A stretch of DNA of 64,000 nucleotides from an uncultured Candidatus Saccharibacteria bacterium (lineage in GTDB: Bacteria > Patescibacteriota > Minisyncoccia > Phycocordibacterales > UBA9973): assembly GCA_964554645.1 (NCBI GenBank), contig CAZKPK010000002.1, positions 1,788 to 65,787 of the forward strand. Direction: 5' to 3'. The translations under genes and the position numbers were made by a program. Of the stretch, positions 8,865 to 18,194 are shown one piece after another. The notes under the pieces are model-generated. The model ran no database searches, had not been told where the DNA came from, and was given only the letters and a program-made list of their open reading frames with translations. Position 1 is the first letter of the stretch; the number at the start of each line of letters is the position of its first letter.

Positions 8865-10361
8865 ATGCGAGATAGAATTTTTTATGCAATTTGTTTTGGT
8901 TTTATTTTTGGGGTGCTTTGGCGCTCTTTTTTGTTTGTGAATTTTCACTTTATTGTTTTACTGGGTGTAATTTCTTTTGTTTTATTTTTATTTTTTAGTT
9001 TTATTTCAAGAAATAACTGGGGAATAATTATCTCTGTTCTGGTTCTGACATTCTCACTTGGAATTTTTCGTTTTCAGATGGTTGATGTTCCTGCGCCTAA
9101 TATTTTCGAATCACACGTAGGGAAAAATGTTTCTTTTTCTGGAAAAATTATCGATGAACCAGATATGAGAGAAAATAATCAAAAATTAACTATTGAGGTA
9201 GAGGTTGGTGAAAACCCACGCCAAGGCGGGGCAAGCAAAACAAAAATTTTAGTCACGGTTAATTTTGATGAGGATTTTAGATATGGAGATGAAGTTAGTT
9301 TTTCCGGGACATTAAAAAAACCGGAGAATTTTGTAACCGATCAAGGCAAGGATTTTGACTATCTAAATTATTTAAGGAAAAACGGGATTCATTACGTGAT
9401 GAATTACGCAGAGGCTGAAATTATTTCACGGGACCATGGAAATAAAATTAAAAGCGTCCTGTTCTTTGTGAAAGAAAAATTTTTGGAGAAAATCAATTTT
9501 GCTATTAAAAATCCTGATAATTTGCTAATGGGCGGGCTTATTTTAGGAGAGAAAGCGTCTTTTAGTCAAGAGTTGCGACAGAAATTTATCGATACTGGCA
9601 CGATCCATATTGTGGCGCTTTCCGGATACAATGTGACGATTGTCGCTGAATGGATTATGAAAATATTCGCGTTTTTGCCTCGCAATCTCGGCTTTGGCGC
9701 GGGCCTTCTCGGAATTTTGCTTTTTGTCGTGATGGCCGGCGGGCAATCTACCGCTGTCCGAGCTGGGGTGATGGCGTCTTTAGCGCTTATTGCGCGCGCG
9801 ACCGGCCGGAATTACGATGTCGCGCGCGCTCTTCTTCTGGCAGGCGTAGCAATGATTTTGTTAAATCCTTTTATTCTCGTCTATGATGTTTCTTTTCAGC
9901 TTTCTTTTATCGCGACAGTCGCCGTGATTTTTCTGGCGCCGAGAATTGAAAAATATTTTTTATGGGCGCCAGATTATTTTAAACTTCGGGATATTATATC
10001 AGTGACTTGCGCCGCTTATATTTTCGTTTTGCCTTTTATTTTATACAAAATGGGCAATCTTTCTTTAGTTGCTTTGCCGGCCAATATTTTAATTCTTCCT
10101 TTCATACCAATCACGATGATTTTCGGGTTTTTCACCGGTTTGGCGGGACTTATTTCATACATATTTGCCGTGCCATTTGGCTTTGTCTCATATTTGTTTT
10201 TGCATTATGAACTTTGGGTTGTTGATTTTTTCTCTAGTCTTCCGTTTGCTTCTTTTTCTCTTCCCAATTTTCCGCTTTTTCTCACAATTTTAATCTACCT
10301 CTATTTTATTTATAGACTTTTTGGGAGGAACATCAAAAGTTTTTTTACTGAATTCCAATAA
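8865..10361 (+). CDS. comEC: ComEC/Rec2 competence channel (OB + Competence domains)
   Basis: GTIHIVALSGYNV, SAVRA-like, SFQLSF motifs; multiple transmembrane segments. Confidence 0.9.
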   Translation: MRDRIFYAICFGFIFGVLWRSFLFVNFHFIVLLGVISFVLFLFFSFISRNNWGIIISVLVLTFSLGIFRFQMVDVPAPNIFESHVGKNVSFSGKIIDEPDMRENNQKLTIEVEVGENPRQGGASKTKILVTVNFDEDFRYGDEVSFSGTLKKPENFVTDQGKDFDYLNYLRKNGIHYVMNYAEAEIISRDHGNKIKSVLFFVKEKFLEKINFAIKNPDNLLMGGLILGEKASFSQELRQKFIDTGTIHIVALSGYNVTIVAEWIMKIFAFLPRNLGFGAGLLGILLFVVMAGGQSTAVRAGVMASLALIARATGRNYDVARALLLAGVAMILLNPFILVYDVSFQLSFIATVAVIFLAPRIEKYFLWAPDYFKLRDIISVTCAAYIFVLPFILYKMGNLSLVALPANILILPFIPITMIFGFFTGLAGLISYIFAVPFGFVSYLFLHYELWVVDFFSSLPFASFSLPNFPLFLTILIYLYFIYRLFGRNIKSFFTEFQ

Positions 10362-10479
10362 AACTTGTTGCAGGCGTACTTTTTAGAAAGCCTTGCGCAG
10401 GCGGACGCGCCGAGCAGTTCGCTGGCATAGCAATGCCAGATAGATTGCTTTATAAAAAGTATGCCAAGAAAGAGTTTTA
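10359..10479. mobile_element. MITE-like element, copy 1
   Basis: Internal inverted repeats; reverse-complement copy at 36347-36504. Confidence 0.7.
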
Positions 10480-10556
10480 TTGAATTGAACCTTTTTTAAA
10501 TTTTCCTCTACAACAACTTCCCCCGCCTTCGCTAAAGCTACGGACGGGCAGGCAGT

Positions 10557-11159
10557 TTAAGATGTTGCCTCAATAAAGTTTTTCTCAATAATCTCCCAGT
10601 TGATGTTGTCGAAGAATGCGTCAACATATTTTTTCTTATCGGTCGCATAATCTAGATAAAAAGAATGTTCCCACATATCAATTCCAAAAATCCATTTGAG
10701 TCCGGTCAAGTGTCCGAGATGTTGTTCATCAATCCAAGCATTGAGAAGTTTTTTATTGATTGGGTCATAATAAAGCACTGCCCAGCCGATGCCTCGGGTC
10801 ATCGCGATTGTTTTGAAGCGCGCGAACCAAAGGTCAACACTGCCCCATTCTTCGATCATCGCTTTTTTGAGCGGACTTTCTCCCTGCATTGTTTTTGCTC
10901 CACCTTCTAAACTTTTGAAATAATATTCATGATTTCTCATTCCATCAAATTCAAAAGCGAAACGGCGTCCCAATTCACCCACCACATACGGCGCAAATGT
11001 GTCTTCCTTTGCATAACCTTCATATTCTGGGATTTTTTCCAAAATTAAATTAGCATTTTTCACATAACCGGCATAAAGTTTCAAATGCTCTTCGATTGTT
11101 TTTTTTGAAATACCCTTTAGCTCTCCAATCTTGAATTTCATTTCTTCAAATTTTTTCAT
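10557..11159 (-). CDS. Fe/Mn superoxide dismutase family protein
   Basis: H..NHEYYF..GIGWA..DMWEHSFYLDY metal-ligand pattern. Confidence 0.85.
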   Translation of the reverse strand: MKKFEEMKFKIGELKGISKKTIEEHLKLYAGYVKNANLILEKIPEYEGYAKEDTFAPYVVGELGRRFAFEFDGMRNHEYYFKSLEGGAKTMQGESPLKKAMIEEWGSVDLWFARFKTIAMTRGIGWAVLYYDPINKKLLNAWIDEQHLGHLTGLKWIFGIDMWEHSFYLDYATDKKKYVDAFFDNINWEIIEKNFIEATS

Positions 11160-11173
11160 GCTAACATTATAAC

Positions 11174-12049
11174 ATGATTAGGAATTTTAAAAAACACAGT
11201 CTGTTAGTTTTTACGTTTTTTCTTCTTTTCATCACTATGTTTCTTTTTTATCTTGATTTTCGAGGTTTCGACAAAGGTTTTACTTTTGCGATGCTGGATA
11301 TCGGTCAAGGCGATGCGCTTTTTATAGAGTCACCGACTGGAACACAGGTGTTAGTGGATGGAGGACCGCCGAGAAAAATATTAAGCCAGCTCTCGCGAGT
11401 TATGTCGCCCTTCGATCGCACAATTGATGGCATCATTATTACTAACCCGGACCAGGATCACATTGGCGGATTTTTGGACGTTTTGAAAGTGTATAAAGTA
11501 GATAAAGTATTTGAGCCCGGCACCTACAATGATTCCAAAACTTATCAGAATCTCAAGACAGAAATAAAAAATAAAAACATTCCCAATATTTTAGCGAGAA
11601 GAGGAATGCGGCTGAATATCGGCGGCGGGGCAGTGATTGATATTTTATTTCCCGACCGGGATGTTTCCACTTGGGCTAATAATGATGGTTCAGTTGTTGC
11701 TAAACTTACCTACGGCAAAACTTCCGTAATGCTTACCGGTGATGCTACGACCGAAACGGAGAAAATAATTTTAGCGGAAAATCCTAAAGCGATGTTAGCA
11801 AGCACTATTTTAAAAGTCGGACATCACGGCTCGCGCACTTCCACTGGTTCTGCATTTGTGCAAGCGGTGACCCCGACTTACGCGCTCATTTCCGACGGCA
11901 AGGACAATAAATATGGGCATCCGCACCAAGACATCTTGAATACTTTAGAGAGATTAGGTGTAAAGATTCTCCGAACTGATATTTTAGGGACAATCATATT
12001 ATCTTGTGATAAGATGGGTACATGCGAGACAAGCAGGTGGAAAAATTGA
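11174..12049 (+). CDS. ComEC-type metallo-beta-lactamase domain protein
   Basis: LDIGQGD, TNPDQDHIGG, LTGD, KVGHHGS, YGHPH motifs; N-terminal TM helix. Confidence 0.85.
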   Translation: MIRNFKKHSLLVFTFFLLFITMFLFYLDFRGFDKGFTFAMLDIGQGDALFIESPTGTQVLVDGGPPRKILSQLSRVMSPFDRTIDGIIITNPDQDHIGGFLDVLKVYKVDKVFEPGTYNDSKTYQNLKTEIKNKNIPNILARRGMRLNIGGGAVIDILFPDRDVSTWANNDGSVVAKLTYGKTSVMLTGDATTETEKIILAENPKAMLASTILKVGHHGSRTSTGSAFVQAVTPTYALISDGKDNKYGHPHQDILNTLERLGVKILRTDILGTIILSCDKMGTCETSRWKN

Positions 12050-13266
12050 TAAAGGCGGAAGAGAAACGACAACGGGAAGGCTTGGAACTCATTCCCTCTG
12101 AAAATTATGTTTCCGAAGATGTTTTGAAGGCGAACGGTTCTGTGTTCACTAATAAATATTCTGAAGGTTATCCGGGCCGGCGTTACTATGGAGGACAGGA
12201 TTTTACCGATGCGGTTGAACGCCTGGCGATTGAACGCGCCTGCAAGTTATTCAACTGCAAGTTTGCTAATGTCCAGCCGCACTCCGGCGCCCCGGCCAAC
12301 TTGGCTGTTTATGCCGCGTTGCTTGAGCCCAGAGATACAGTCTTGGGTATGGATCTTTCCCATGGAGGACATTTGACTCACGGACATCCAATGACTCTTC
12401 CGGCGAAGATTTATAAATTTGTCGCGTATAAAATGAAAAATCTGGAGACAGGAGAGATAGATTATGCAGAGCTTCGCCGAATAGCCTTAGAAAAAAAACC
12501 AAAAATAATTCTCGCTGGTTTTTCCGCCTATTCCCGAACGCTGGATTACAAAAAATTTGTGGAAATTGCCCGGGAAGTTGGCGCTATTACGATGGCGGAT
12601 ATGGCGCACATTGCCGGGCTTATCGCCGCCGGGGTTCTGCGCAATCCATTTGCTGATGGTTTTGATATTATTACTTCCACTACGCACAAAACTCTTCGCG
12701 GTCCAAGAGGAGGCATCATCCTTGTTCGCGAGAATGAAGAAATCGCCAAGAAAATTGACAAAGCAATTTTCCCCGGTATCCAGGGCGGTCCGCATATGCA
12801 CATTATTGCCGCCAAAGCCGTTGCCTTTGGAGAAGCAATGACGCCGAAATTTAAAAAATACTCGCAACAAATTTTGAAAAACGCCAAGGCAATGGAAGAA
12901 ATCTTGCGCAAGAATAATATTCGCATGATCGGTGGCGGCACCGACAATCATCTGATTTTAGCGGACGTTTTTGGTTCTCTGGGGGTGACCGGCAAAGAAG
13001 CGCAGACGGTGCTGGATGAAGTAGGTATTACGCTTAATATGAATGCGATTGCGGGGGACACCAGAAAACCTCTTGATCCTTCCGGTATCAGATTCGGCAC
13101 TCCGGCCATTACCACCCGTGGTTTTAAAGAGAAAGAATGCGCAAAAGTAGCCGAGCTGATGATTAAAGTTTTAAAAAACAAAGACAATGAAAAAATAAAA
13201 GAATCCGCGCGCCAAGAAATAAAAGCTTTAGCCAGAAAGTTTCCGATACCAAAAAGATTTGTGTAA
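12022..13266 (+). CDS. glyA: Serine hydroxymethyltransferase
   Basis: LIPSENY, NKYSEGYPG, TTHKTLRGPRGG, SGIRFGTPAITTRG. Confidence 0.97.
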   Translation: MRDKQVEKLIKAEEKRQREGLELIPSENYVSEDVLKANGSVFTNKYSEGYPGRRYYGGQDFTDAVERLAIERACKLFNCKFANVQPHSGAPANLAVYAALLEPRDTVLGMDLSHGGHLTHGHPMTLPAKIYKFVAYKMKNLETGEIDYAELRRIALEKKPKIILAGFSAYSRTLDYKKFVEIAREVGAITMADMAHIAGLIAAGVLRNPFADGFDIITSTTHKTLRGPRGGIILVRENEEIAKKIDKAIFPGIQGGPHMHIIAAKAVAFGEAMTPKFKKYSQQILKNAKAMEEILRKNNIRMIGGGTDNHLILADVFGSLGVTGKEAQTVLDEVGITLNMNAIAGDTRKPLDPSGIRFGTPAITTRGFKEKECAKVAELMIKVLKNKDNEKIKESARQEIKALARKFPIPKRFV

Positions 13267-13271
13267 AAATT

Positions 13272-13970
13272 ATGTTAAAAAATAAAAAAGTAATTGTGAT
13301 AACGGGCGGGAATAGCGGATTAGGAAAGGCCACCGCGAAAATTTTGGCTCCGAAAAATTATGTTGTAATTTTGGGCAGAAATGTAAAAGAAGTTGAAAAA
13401 ACTGCCCAAGAATTTAAATGCGATGGCATTATTTGCGATGTTACCGATGCCGGGCAGGTGAAAAACGCGTTTGCCCAAATTATAAAGAAGTACAAAAAAG
13501 TCGACTGCCTGATAAATTGCGCTGGAGTTTGGATCAAGGGTCCGGTTGAAGAAAATAGTCCAGAAGAGATTCGGAATGCTATTTTGGTGAATACTTTCGG
13601 GTCAATTTTGACCGTTAATATTTTAGTGCCACAGTTGAAAAGACAGAAACATGGCAGAATAATAAATATTATTTCTCAATCTGGCCTGAATATAAAAAAA
13701 GATCGGTCTGTTTACTATGCTTCAAAGTGGGCAATGACTGGTTTTATAAAATGTCTTAAATTGGACCTTACTCCTTTCAATATCAGTGTGGTAGGATTTT
13801 ATCCGGGATTTTTTCATACGGGTATTTTTGAAAAGGCCGGAGATTCTAAGACAGATTTTAGCACTGCAATGCCTGTCGAAAAACCAGCCAAAGCCTTGGC
13901 GTATCTAGTTGACGCTGATGACGATTTAGTGGTTAATACTTTAGAAATACAATCTATAAAACAAATCTAG
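13272..13970 (+). CDS. SDR family oxidoreductase
   Basis: TGGNSGLG, INCAG, YYASK motifs. Confidence 0.9.
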   Translation: MLKNKKVIVITGGNSGLGKATAKILAPKNYVVILGRNVKEVEKTAQEFKCDGIICDVTDAGQVKNAFAQIIKKYKKVDCLINCAGVWIKGPVEENSPEEIRNAILVNTFGSILTVNILVPQLKRQKHGRIINIISQSGLNIKKDRSVYYASKWAMTGFIKCLKLDLTPFNISVVGFYPGFFHTGIFEKAGDSKTDFSTAMPVEKPAKALAYLVDADDDLVVNTLEIQSIKQI

Positions 13971-14006
13971 TTACTTTACTTAACTAAAGTGAAATAAATT
14001 TTAATT

Positions 14007-14699
14007 ATGACTCGAGGAAAATTGATTGTGATAGACGGCACAGATAGTAGCGGCAAAGCGACCCAGACAGAGCTTTTGATCAAGCATTTGAAACGCGATG
14101 GTTGCAAGGTTAAAATCGTTGATTTTCCAGATTATTATTCCAATTTTTTCGGCCAATTTATCGGGCACTGTCTTTCCGAGCAGTATTTCAATTTCGTGAA
14201 AGTGCATCCGAAGATTGCTTCAGTGCTTTACGCGGCGGATCGTTTTGAATCAAAAGACAGAATTAAAAAATGGCTATCCGAAGGAAATATTATTATTGCC
14301 AATAGGTATGCCAGCGCCAATCAAATCCATCAAGGCGGGAAAATTGCAGATATAAAGAAGAGGGAAAATTTTTTAAGGTGGCTGGCCAAGATGGAATACG
14401 AAGTCTTTAAAATTCCAAGACCGGATGCCGTGTTTTATCTTTCGGTGCCGATTCCCATAGTCTTGAAATTGATTCGCGCGCGGAATCAGCAGCGCCACCG
14501 AAGTTACTTGGGGAAGAAAAAAGATGTGCATGAAAAAGATGTAAAATTTTTGGAAAATTCTCGCAGAAGCGCGCTTTGGCTTGCTAAAACGCAAAAGGGC
14601 TGGATTAAAATAGAATGCGCAAAGGATGGCAAATTGGAAACTCGTGAAAATATCCACCAAGAAATTTATGAAAAAGTTAAAAAAATCATTAAAAAATAA
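14007..14699 (+). CDS. tmk: Thymidylate kinase
   Basis: IDGTDSSGKATQ P-loop, LYAADR, NRY..S, PDAVFYL. Confidence 0.88.
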   Translation: MTRGKLIVIDGTDSSGKATQTELLIKHLKRDGCKVKIVDFPDYYSNFFGQFIGHCLSEQYFNFVKVHPKIASVLYAADRFESKDRIKKWLSEGNIIIANRYASANQIHQGGKIADIKKRENFLRWLAKMEYEVFKIPRPDAVFYLSVPIPIVLKLIRARNQQRHRSYLGKKKDVHEKDVKFLENSRRSALWLAKTQKGWIKIECAKDGKLETRENIHQEIYEKVKKIIKK

Positions 14700-15258
14700 A
14701 AAACCGGTTACAATTTTTATTTATGGCCCTATGGCGGTAGGGAAGCTTACTGTAGCAAAAATTTTGAGCAAAAAGCTTGAATACAAAATGACGCATAATC
14801 ACTCTTTGAATGATTTGGTAGACGAATTATTTATACGTGGCACTTATGTACGAAATGCCATGGTTGAACGCTTGAGATATAACCTATTAGAAAATGCAGT
14901 CAAAGCAAAAATTAATTTTGTGACAACTCATTGCTATGCACACAATTATATTTCTCCGACTGGTCTCACGGATCCAAAATATGTGAAGACTTTAGAGAAA
15001 AAACTTACCAAACTTGGCGCAAAATTTTACCCTGTTCATTTAAAAGCAAGTTCTAAGGAATTATTGCGTAGAGTAAATATGAATTCACGTAAAACTTTTG
15101 GCAAACTTATAGATAAGAAAATTATGCATAAATTCATATTAAACAAAGATTGGCAAACTTCTCCCAAATTGAAGAATAATCTTGTCATTGACAATACCAA
15201 TCTTTCTCCACAAAAAGTTTCGGGTTTAATTATCAAACACTTCAAAATAAAAACCTAA
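14668..15258 (+). CDS. P-loop nucleotide/shikimate kinase-like protein
   Basis: GPMAVGKLT Walker A; IDNTNLSP C-terminus; start uncertain (14626 or 14668). Confidence 0.7.
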   Translation: MKKLKKSLKNKKPVTIFIYGPMAVGKLTVAKILSKKLEYKMTHNHSLNDLVDELFIRGTYVRNAMVERLRYNLLENAVKAKINFVTTHCYAHNYISPTGLTDPKYVKTLEKKLTKLGAKFYPVHLKASSKELLRRVNMNSRKTFGKLIDKKIMHKFILNKDWQTSPKLKNNLVIDNTNLSPQKVSGLIIKHFKIKT

Positions 15259-15264
15259 TAACCT

Positions 15265-15302
15265 ATTTGATAATAACAAACGGTCGTATACTAATGGCAT
15301 AG
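15265..15302. repeat. Cassette 1 left palindromic boundary site
   Basis: taacaaACGGTCGTatactaat (15274-15295) matches 15895-15916 at 21/22. Confidence 0.85.
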
Positions 15303-15305
15303 ATA

Positions 15306-15878
15306 TCAGGAAAGCTCAAATTTTTTTATCAAATGCAGTTCGTTATCAATTTCATCCGCTAAAACGAAACGAATATATTTTCTCGCATTATATAATTCAA
15401 TTAAAAACTCTAGTTCTTTGTTGCACGGATAAGGATGTACGAACACTGATTTTTGCAATTCAATAAAACCAAGTCCATGAAAATGTAATCGTAATGAGTC
15501 TCTCAATTTTCTAATTTTTTCAGGGATATCAAACATAACAATTCTCCACTTTCTATCCCATTCAATCGGTTTTTTTATTTTTAGTTGATCTATATTAAAC
15601 ATAAGTGCTTTCTTTTTTCCATTTTCATTTAAAACCAAAGTCGTTGTTCCATCTTTATTGTGTTTTTCTGAAACTAAATGTGATCTGTAAAGGGAATTTA
15701 TAGCTCTGTTTAAAGCACGGCGTTCTATATTTTTAAACTCTTTCGGTATTTGACGCAAAATCCAGAAGTGTCTTTTTACTGATCCGTTTAAACCAAGCGC
15801 AATACCGGCCAAAAGAAGTATCATAACTTTTTTCTTTACTATACCCATTCTCATATTTTTATTATTTTTATTTCCCAT
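15306..15878 (-). CDS. PaaX-like protein (wHTH + Cas2-like domain), copy 1
   Basis: WDRKWRIVMFDIPE..LRDSLR..GFIELQKSVFVHPY; no PaaX C-terminal domain. Confidence 0.8.
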   Translation of the reverse strand: MGNKNNKNMRMGIVKKKVMILLLAGIALGLNGSVKRHFWILRQIPKEFKNIERRALNRAINSLYRSHLVSEKHNKDGTTTLVLNENGKKKALMFNIDQLKIKKPIEWDRKWRIVMFDIPEKIRKLRDSLRLHFHGLGFIELQKSVFVHPYPCNKELEFLIELYNARKYIRFVLADEIDNELHLIKKFELS

Positions 15879-15885
15879 ACTTTCA

Positions 15886-15923
15886 TTATACCATTAACAA
15901 ACGGTCGTATGCTAATATCGAAT
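15886..15923. repeat. Cassette 1 right palindromic boundary site, overlapping the gene's -10
   Basis: taacaaACGGTCGTatgctaat; TGGTATAAT on the minus strand at 15885-15893. Confidence 0.85.
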
Positions 15924-15972
15924 TATGACTAGTTGGTTTTGGGCGGGGAAAGATATATAATAAAACGATAAA

Positions 15973-16395
15973 ATGATAATCAAAATCAAGAAACTGAAAG
16001 AGAAGGCAAAACTGCCGAAGTATCATCATCCGGGAGATGTGGGGATGGATTTATATGCGATGGAGACGGTGACGATAAAGCCCGGTGAGCATTATCGTTT
16101 CTGGCACGGCTTTGCGCTGGAATTTCCGGAAGGTTATGGGGCTATTATTATGGATAAAGGCAGTATTTCTAAAGCAGGATTTGCTCATATGGGCGGAGTC
16201 TATGATGCGGGGTATAGAGGCGAATACAATACGCTTTTAGTAAATTTATCGGACAAGAGTTATACTTTTGAAGCGGGTGATAAAGTTTCGCAACTGGTGA
16301 TTATCCCGGTGGTTATTGGAAAGTTAAAAGAGGTTGAAAAATTGAATGCATCTGCTCGCGGTGAGGGAAAGTTTGGAAGCACCGGCAGAAAATAA
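15973..16395 (+). CDS. dut: dUTP diphosphatase
   Basis: GDVGMDL, GVYDAGYRGE, RGEGKFGSTG motifs. Confidence 0.93.
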   Translation: MIIKIKKLKEKAKLPKYHHPGDVGMDLYAMETVTIKPGEHYRFWHGFALEFPEGYGAIIMDKGSISKAGFAHMGGVYDAGYRGEYNTLLVNLSDKSYTFEAGDKVSQLVIIPVVIGKLKEVEKLNASARGEGKFGSTGRK

Positions 16396-16396
16396 T

Positions 16397-18139
16397 ATGC
16401 AAGAAAAAATAAAAAATTTAATCAAGGACGCGCTGAAAAATCTAAATATAGAGATGAGCGATGTTGGCTTGGAACATCCGGAAGATCTGAAAAATGGAGA
16501 TTATTCCACGAATGTGGCGCTGGTTGTCGCTAAAAATGTCAAAATCAGTCCAAAAGCATTGGCGGGAAAAATCGTGACAGAAATTTTGAGGTTAAACCTC
16601 GATAAATATATTGAAAAAGTAGAAGTGGCTGGCGCCGGTTTTATAAATTTCTATCTTTCCCGCAAATTTTTTGCCAGCTCGGTTGAAGAAATTGTCAATC
16701 AGGGAGAAAATGCCGGGAAAAATAATGTTCTAGCTGGCAAAAAAATAATGATTGAATACACCGACCCGAATCCTTTCAAGCCATTTCATATTGGACACTT
16801 AATGACGAACGCTATTGGGGAATCCGTAGCGAGAATTTTAGAGCATTCCGGCGCGGAGGTATCTCGGGCCAATTATCAGGGCGATATCGGTTTGCATGTG
16901 GCCAAGGCCATCTACGGCCTTTTGAAAGATGAAAAATTACAGGACAAGGCAGGCTCTCATATCTTGCAGTCGGCAAATATCGGCCAAGCTTATGCTCAAG
17001 GCGCGGAAGTTTACGAAAACAACAAGAAAGCAAAAAAAGAAATAGATGAAATAAATAAAAAAATTTACGCTAAGAGCGATAAAAAAATAAATGAAATGTA
17101 TGATTGGGGTTTCCAAGCGACGATGAAAGCATTTGAAGATTTATACCAAATTCTCGGCACGAAGTTTGATTTTTATTTTTTGGAAAGCCAAATGGCGCCG
17201 ATCGGGGAGAGAATTGTGAGAGATAATTTGGACAAAATTATAGATTCCAAGGGCAGTAAAATGATTTTTGAAGAATCAGAAGGCGCTATTATATTCAAGG
17301 CTGAAAAATACGATTCCCAACTTCACACCCGAGTCTTTATCACTTCGCAAGGTCTGCCTACATATGAAACCAAGGAATTGGGATTGACCGAGGAGAAATT
17401 CAGAACGGAGCCCAATTTAGATCTTTCCATCATTATTACCGCCAATGAACAGGCGGATTATATGAAAGTGGTTGCCAAAGCTGTTTCCCTGATTTATCCC
17501 GAGCACGGGAAAAAGATGCTTCACCTGACACATGGCATGATGCGCCTGCTGGGAGGAAAAATGAGCTCGAGAAAGGGTAATGTTGTAACCGGAGAATCTC
17601 TGCTTCGCGACACGGTGGCGCTAATAAGAGAAAAAATTAAAGAACGTGACTGGGCTGAAGCGGAAAAAAATAAAATTGCGGAAATTGTCGGTGTGGCGGC
17701 GATAAAATATTCGATTCTCCGTTCAGCATCCGGGAGCGATATTGTCTACAATCTAGAGGAATCAATTTCGACGGAAGGAGATTCCGGCCCGTATCTGCAA
17801 TACTCATTTGCGCGGGCAAAATCCATTTTAGAAAAGGCGCAGAAAGAAAATATCTTGCCGGATCCCCATGTTTTTCCGCCAGCAGTCTTTGAAGTGGAGA
17901 GGCTGTTGTACAAATTTCCGGAAGTTGTTCTGCGTTCCGCGCAAGAATACGAACCGCATTATATCGCAAACTATTTGATTGCAGTCGCTCGCGCCTTCAA
18001 TAGTTTTTATGGCAATATCGTTGTGGTGAACAAAAAAGACAAAACTTCCGCTTACAAAGTAGCCCTGACTTACGCTTTTATCTTCGTGATGAAAACCGGC
18101 CTATCTCTCCTCGGCATTCAAGCGCCGGAAAAAATGTAG
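16397..18139 (+). CDS. argS: Arginine--tRNA ligase
   Basis: GDYSTNVA, PNPFKPFHIGH, KMSSRKG, GPYLQY. Confidence 0.96.
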   Translation: MQEKIKNLIKDALKNLNIEMSDVGLEHPEDLKNGDYSTNVALVVAKNVKISPKALAGKIVTEILRLNLDKYIEKVEVAGAGFINFYLSRKFFASSVEEIVNQGENAGKNNVLAGKKIMIEYTDPNPFKPFHIGHLMTNAIGESVARILEHSGAEVSRANYQGDIGLHVAKAIYGLLKDEKLQDKAGSHILQSANIGQAYAQGAEVYENNKKAKKEIDEINKKIYAKSDKKINEMYDWGFQATMKAFEDLYQILGTKFDFYFLESQMAPIGERIVRDNLDKIIDSKGSKMIFEESEGAIIFKAEKYDSQLHTRVFITSQGLPTYETKELGLTEEKFRTEPNLDLSIIITANEQADYMKVVAKAVSLIYPEHGKKMLHLTHGMMRLLGGKMSSRKGNVVTGESLLRDTVALIREKIKERDWAEAEKNKIAEIVGVAAIKYSILRSASGSDIVYNLEESISTEGDSGPYLQYSFARAKSILEKAQKENILPDPHVFPPAVFEVERLLYKFPEVVLRSAQEYEPHYIANYLIAVARAFNSFYGNIVVVNKKDKTSAYKVALTYAFIFVMKTGLSLLGIQAPEKM

Positions 18140-18194
18140 ATTAAATTAGGTGCTAGGGACTAGTTGCTAGAACCTAGAACCTAGAACCTAACTT

